64,000 nucleotides of DNA from Candidatus Nanohalarchaeota archaeon (GTDB lineage Archaea; Nanohalarchaeota; Nanosalinia; Nanosalinales; JAFCCC01), in the NCBI GenBank assembly GCA_017610385.1, contig JAFCCC010000003.1, positions 1 through 64,000 of the forward strand, read 5' to 3'. This document shows, piece by piece, positions 60,596 to 64,000 of the stretch. The position numbers and the translations under genes were made by a program. Position 1 is the stretch's first letter; each line of letters opens with the position of its first letter. Below the pieces are notes generated by a model that saw only the letters and a list, made by a program, of their open reading frames with translations, did not search any database and was not told the origin of the DNA.

Positions 60596-61690
60596 TTATT
60601 TGAAATGAAGTTCCAAAACATCCTCATCTAATAAAATATGATGTCGGCCTTTATTTTGTCCTTCGAATTTTGCACTTTTACCCCAAACGCGTGCATAATT
60701 AAAATTCTTTTGGAATTCTTTGTGGATTTTTTCACAAACTTGATCTACTGTTGAACCAATTTTAATGATTAATGGCGCTTTTCGATCTGGTTCTTTTCCA
60801 ATTCTTTTCATGTATACTCTCATTAATTCTAGATTATTCCATAATTGTTCTACGAATCTATTCAAATTCCAAGATTTATCTGCTGAAATAAACGTCATTT
60901 TTGGGAAATCTTTTTTAATTTTTATTAATTCCCCTTTTGAGAGTTCATCAATTTTATTTAGAATTTCTATAAAATGAATATAAACCCGATTCCCTGCTAA
61001 AAAATCAATTAAAGTATCTATTGTTATGTTTTCGCGAATTAAAACATCCGCATTTGCTATTCCATATTCTCTAAAGAGTTCCTTTATTGTATCTTCATCT
61101 AAATCTAATTTGAGTGGCGTTAATAGATTAATACCTCCAGAAACCTTCTTTTTAAGTCTAATTAGCGGTGGTTGTTGATTTAATCTGATACCAGAGTTAT
61201 AAAGTTCTTGTTCTAGTTGTTTGACATCTTTTAATCTTTTATAATCTGTTATTAAAACAATCAAATCAGTATTTCTAATAACACTTAAAACTTCTTTACC
61301 TCTTCCTTTTCCTTTTGAAGCACCGATAATTAATCCAGGGACATCTAATATCTGTATTTGTGCTCCTTTGTAGTTTAAAACTCCTGGAATGACTTTGAGC
61401 GTAGTAAATTCATAATAACCTATTTCTGATTCTGCATTTGTTAATTTATTCAATAAAGTAGACTTGCCTGCAGATGGTGGACCCACTAGAGAAATGCTAG
61501 CATCTCCAGATTTTCTTAAACCATATCCTAGACCTTTTTTACCTGAAATTTTAGATTCATGTGATTCTTTTTTATCTTCTAATTTTGCTATATTAGCCTT
61601 TAATTTCGCTCTTTCCTTTTCTGTTCCTTTATTTACTGGTGTTTTACTCAATTTCAGTTTTAATTCATCTAGTCTATCTTGAATGCTCAT
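60596..61690 (-). CDS. DRG/Rbg-family OBG GTPase
   Basis: NKGTE..R..LK, GPPSAGKST, YEFTT, DVPGLI.GA..GKGRG, TGS domain. Confidence 0.92.
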   Translation of the reverse strand: MSIQDRLDELKLKLSKTPVNKGTEKERAKLKANIAKLEDKKESHESKISGKKGLGYGLRKSGDASISLVGPPSAGKSTLLNKLTNAESEIGYYEFTTLKVIPGVLNYKGAQIQILDVPGLIIGASKGKGRGKEVLSVIRNTDLIVLITDYKRLKDVKQLEQELYNSGIRLNQQPPLIRLKKKVSGGINLLTPLKLDLDEDTIKELFREYGIANADVLIRENITIDTLIDFLAGNRVYIHFIEILNKIDELSKGELIKIKKDFPKMTFISADKSWNLNRFVEQLWNNLELMRVYMKRIGKEPDRKAPLIIKIGSTVDQVCEKIHKEFQKNFNYARVWGKSAKFEGQNKGRHHILLDEDVLELHFK

Positions 61691-61743
61691 AGTGTATTAA
61701 GAGAAACCTTGTGTTTAAATTACTTTAGTTCCGTAGTCTTTTC

Positions 61744-62397
61744 ATGGAACGAAAAATTCAGAGAGTTATTGAAATCTGTGAAAATAATTATGGAAAACCA
61801 AAACCATTTAGATTAAGTAACTCATTAGATCTTTTAGTAGAAACAATTCTTTCTCAGAATACCAATGATAAAAATACGTTTAAAGCATTCTCTGCTTTGA
61901 AAAAATATTATGTAAATTACGAAGAAGTACTTGCGGCAAATGAAACAAAATTAGCAAAAATAATTTACAGTTCAGGATTTTATAATTTAAAAGCTAAAAG
62001 AATTCAAGAGGCTCTTCGAGCAATTAAGGAAGATCGAGGGTCTTTAAATTTAGATTTTTTAAAAAATAAGAGCAAATCTGTCGCGTTTAATTATCTAATT
62101 AAACTTCCAGGAATTGGTCCAAAAACCGCTGCCATTGTTCTTACTTTTGGTTTAAATCACGAAAGTATTCCAGTAGATACACATGTTTATAGGGTTTCTC
62201 AGAGATTGGGCTTAGTTCCTAAAACTTTTGACAGAACAAAAACTCAGGAATTTTTAGAGAACAACACAAAAAGAGGATTAAAAAATGCGCTACATTATTA
62301 TTTAATTAAGCACGGAAGAGAAGTATGTCGTGCTAGAAAACCATCTTGTTCTGAGTGTTTTTTAAAAAAAGAATGCAAGCATTTTAAAAATAAATAA
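61744..62397 (+). CDS. nth: Endonuclease III
   Basis: ILSQNT.D, LPGIGPKTA HhH motif, VDTHV.R, C-X6-C-X2-C-X5-C Fe-S motif. Confidence 0.93.
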   Translation: MERKIQRVIEICENNYGKPKPFRLSNSLDLLVETILSQNTNDKNTFKAFSALKKYYVNYEEVLAANETKLAKIIYSSGFYNLKAKRIQEALRAIKEDRGSLNLDFLKNKSKSVAFNYLIKLPGIGPKTAAIVLTFGLNHESIPVDTHVYRVSQRLGLVPKTFDRTKTQEFLENNTKRGLKNALHYYLIKHGREVCRARKPSCSECFLKKECKHFKNK

Positions 62398-62403
62398 GAT
62401 ATT

Positions 62404-63795
62404 TCAAAAGTAAGTAATAGCATGTTCAGAATTTCTTATTCTGTCTCTTTTTCTAAAGAAAAATTCAAATTGTGCTTTTGGCAATTTTACAGTACCTTCT
62501 ACTTTTAATATTGGTCTAAATTTATAACTCAAAATTCGTTCTTCACCAGGATTCAGATTTCCGATTTTCCATTCTATTTCTATGCCGCCTTTTTTATTTT
62601 TTATTGAAGTTGGCTTGGCCGCCTCAAATTTATTAGATAATTTCACGATTTCTGGAACATGGTCTATAACCCTAACTTTTGTTAGAAGTTCTTTGGTGTT
62701 GTTTTTAATATAAATGTAAATGGTATGTTCTCCTTTGGATATACGAGCAACTTTCATGATTTTTGGCACCTGAAACTCATACATCGCAAAGTATCCTGTT
62801 CCAAATACAAAAAGCGCAATTAAGAATAAAATCCAATAATTTATTCTGTATTTTACTAAAATTGTTTCACCAGGTTCTAAGTCTTTTATTACCCAATTGT
62901 ATTTTATTCCGCCACCAATTTTCTCTTTTGAGGCTATTTTCAAATTTGATTTCATTAAATACGATTTTAATCTGTTAATAGATCCACTAACTATCTGAGA
63001 CTCTTTCTTGACGTTTCCGGTATTTTTAATTTCAATTTTGTATGTATGCCAGAAAAAAAAACTTTTGTCTGATTTGTCAATACTTATGCTTTGTATTGGT
63101 GGAATATTAATTCTAATAGACTTTGAACTTTCGATTTCTCCTTCTGTGTTTATCACATTCAAAATAATGTTTTGAACGCCAACTAATTTTTCATCAACTC
63201 TTATAGGAATATTAAAATAAAATGTGCTTCCCGGTTTTAACATAGGAATTGAAACAGAATTATTTGTGTTATTTAATGTTCCCATTAAAGAATAACTTCC
63301 TATCTCATATGCTGCAACATTTTTTATTTGCCCAGTAAGATTAATTATTTCTCCTGGAACATAACTTGTTTTAGTTGTTCTAAGACCGGAAACTGATAAT
63401 TTTTCATCTCTTACGACGGTTATGAAAGCTTCTAATTTAAGATAATTCTCTAAATCGCTTTTAGGGTATATGTAAATAAAGAATCCTCTATTGCCTGCTT
63501 CTGCATTTTCATCTGGCGTTACATAAATTTTAGTAGTTTTTGTAGTATTTGGTAAAAGATCTAAAGAATAATCTTGTTGATAAAACCAACCAGGTTTCAT
63601 GCTTTGTGTGTAAATCGTAAATCTATCTGCTGTTGGCATTTCGTTTGTAACTTCTACTCTAAATTCCCCGACCTCTCCAGGGTAAACATTTTGTTTAATT
63701 GCATAAATGGTTCCCTTAAATCCTTCTACACATAGGCCAAAGGAAGATAATAAGACAAATAGAATTAATGGAACCAGAATTAATGATTTTCTCAT
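62404..63795 (-). CDS. Exported Ig-like/CARDB-type surface protein with TM segment
   Basis: Signal peptide MRKSLIL..., beta-rich domains, internal TM, C-terminal W.IG.L.PGEERIL.Y domain. Confidence 0.7.
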   Translation of the reverse strand: MRKSLILVPLILFVLLSSFGLCVEGFKGTIYAIKQNVYPGEVGEFRVEVTNEMPTADRFTIYTQSMKPGWFYQQDYSLDLLPNTTKTTKIYVTPDENAEAGNRGFFIYIYPKSDLENYLKLEAFITVVRDEKLSVSGLRTTKTSYVPGEIINLTGQIKNVAAYEIGSYSLMGTLNNTNNSVSIPMLKPGSTFYFNIPIRVDEKLVGVQNIILNVINTEGEIESSKSIRINIPPIQSISIDKSDKSFFFWHTYKIEIKNTGNVKKESQIVSGSINRLKSYLMKSNLKIASKEKIGGGIKYNWVIKDLEPGETILVKYRINYWILFLIALFVFGTGYFAMYEFQVPKIMKVARISKGEHTIYIYIKNNTKELLTKVRVIDHVPEIVKLSNKFEAAKPTSIKNKKGGIEIEWKIGNLNPGEERILSYKFRPILKVEGTVKLPKAQFEFFFRKRDRIRNSEHAITYF

Positions 63796-63878
63796 ATTCC
63801 CCCAAAACAGCATTATTCGGTAATTTTTATAAGTTTATGTGCTGAATGATGTCGTTAATATTGCCGCGAATTATAAGG

Positions 63879-63967
63879 AACTCACTTCACTTTTTCGTAT
63901 TTGCGTGAAGGGGGCTTCTGAAGGAATTTCACATAGAGCATTAACCGATTTTGCAGTTATTTGAGTG
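63879..63967. repeat. Repeat family B copy
   Basis: Homologous to 41739-41755 and 41941-42003. Confidence 0.6.
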
Positions 63968-64000
63968 AAGGTTGCCTTAAGAAGTGCTTGCCGCCTGAGT

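Overview
AT-rich archaeal chromosome segment, most consistent with a DPANN-type lineage. The evidence is archaeal housekeeping genes (Pus10, SRP54, RFC, thermosome, exosome/RpoP/Pcc1/prefoldin cluster, aCPSF1, FtsZ/SepF, aIF5A, CCA enzyme), an archaeal type IV pilus locus with many class III signal-peptide genes, and multi-intron tRNAs. The standout is at about 1.5-6.0 kb: a Xer-type tyrosine recombinase that lacks the integron-integrase (IntI) insertion, followed by six single-gene cassettes in mixed orientation. The cassettes are separated by directly repeated dif-like 11-N6/8-11 sites. Each gene is bracketed by its own 12-15 bp inverted repeat and followed by hairpins whose loops read GNA on the bottom strand. 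This looks like an integron-like gene-capture array with non-canonical recombination sites. Also present: three tRNAs with two BHB introns each, including a rare tRNA-Ile(UAU); two families of dispersed structured intergenic repeats; a tandem paralog pair with conserved ends; and decayed genes. All product calls come from motif recognition by eye, with no database searches.
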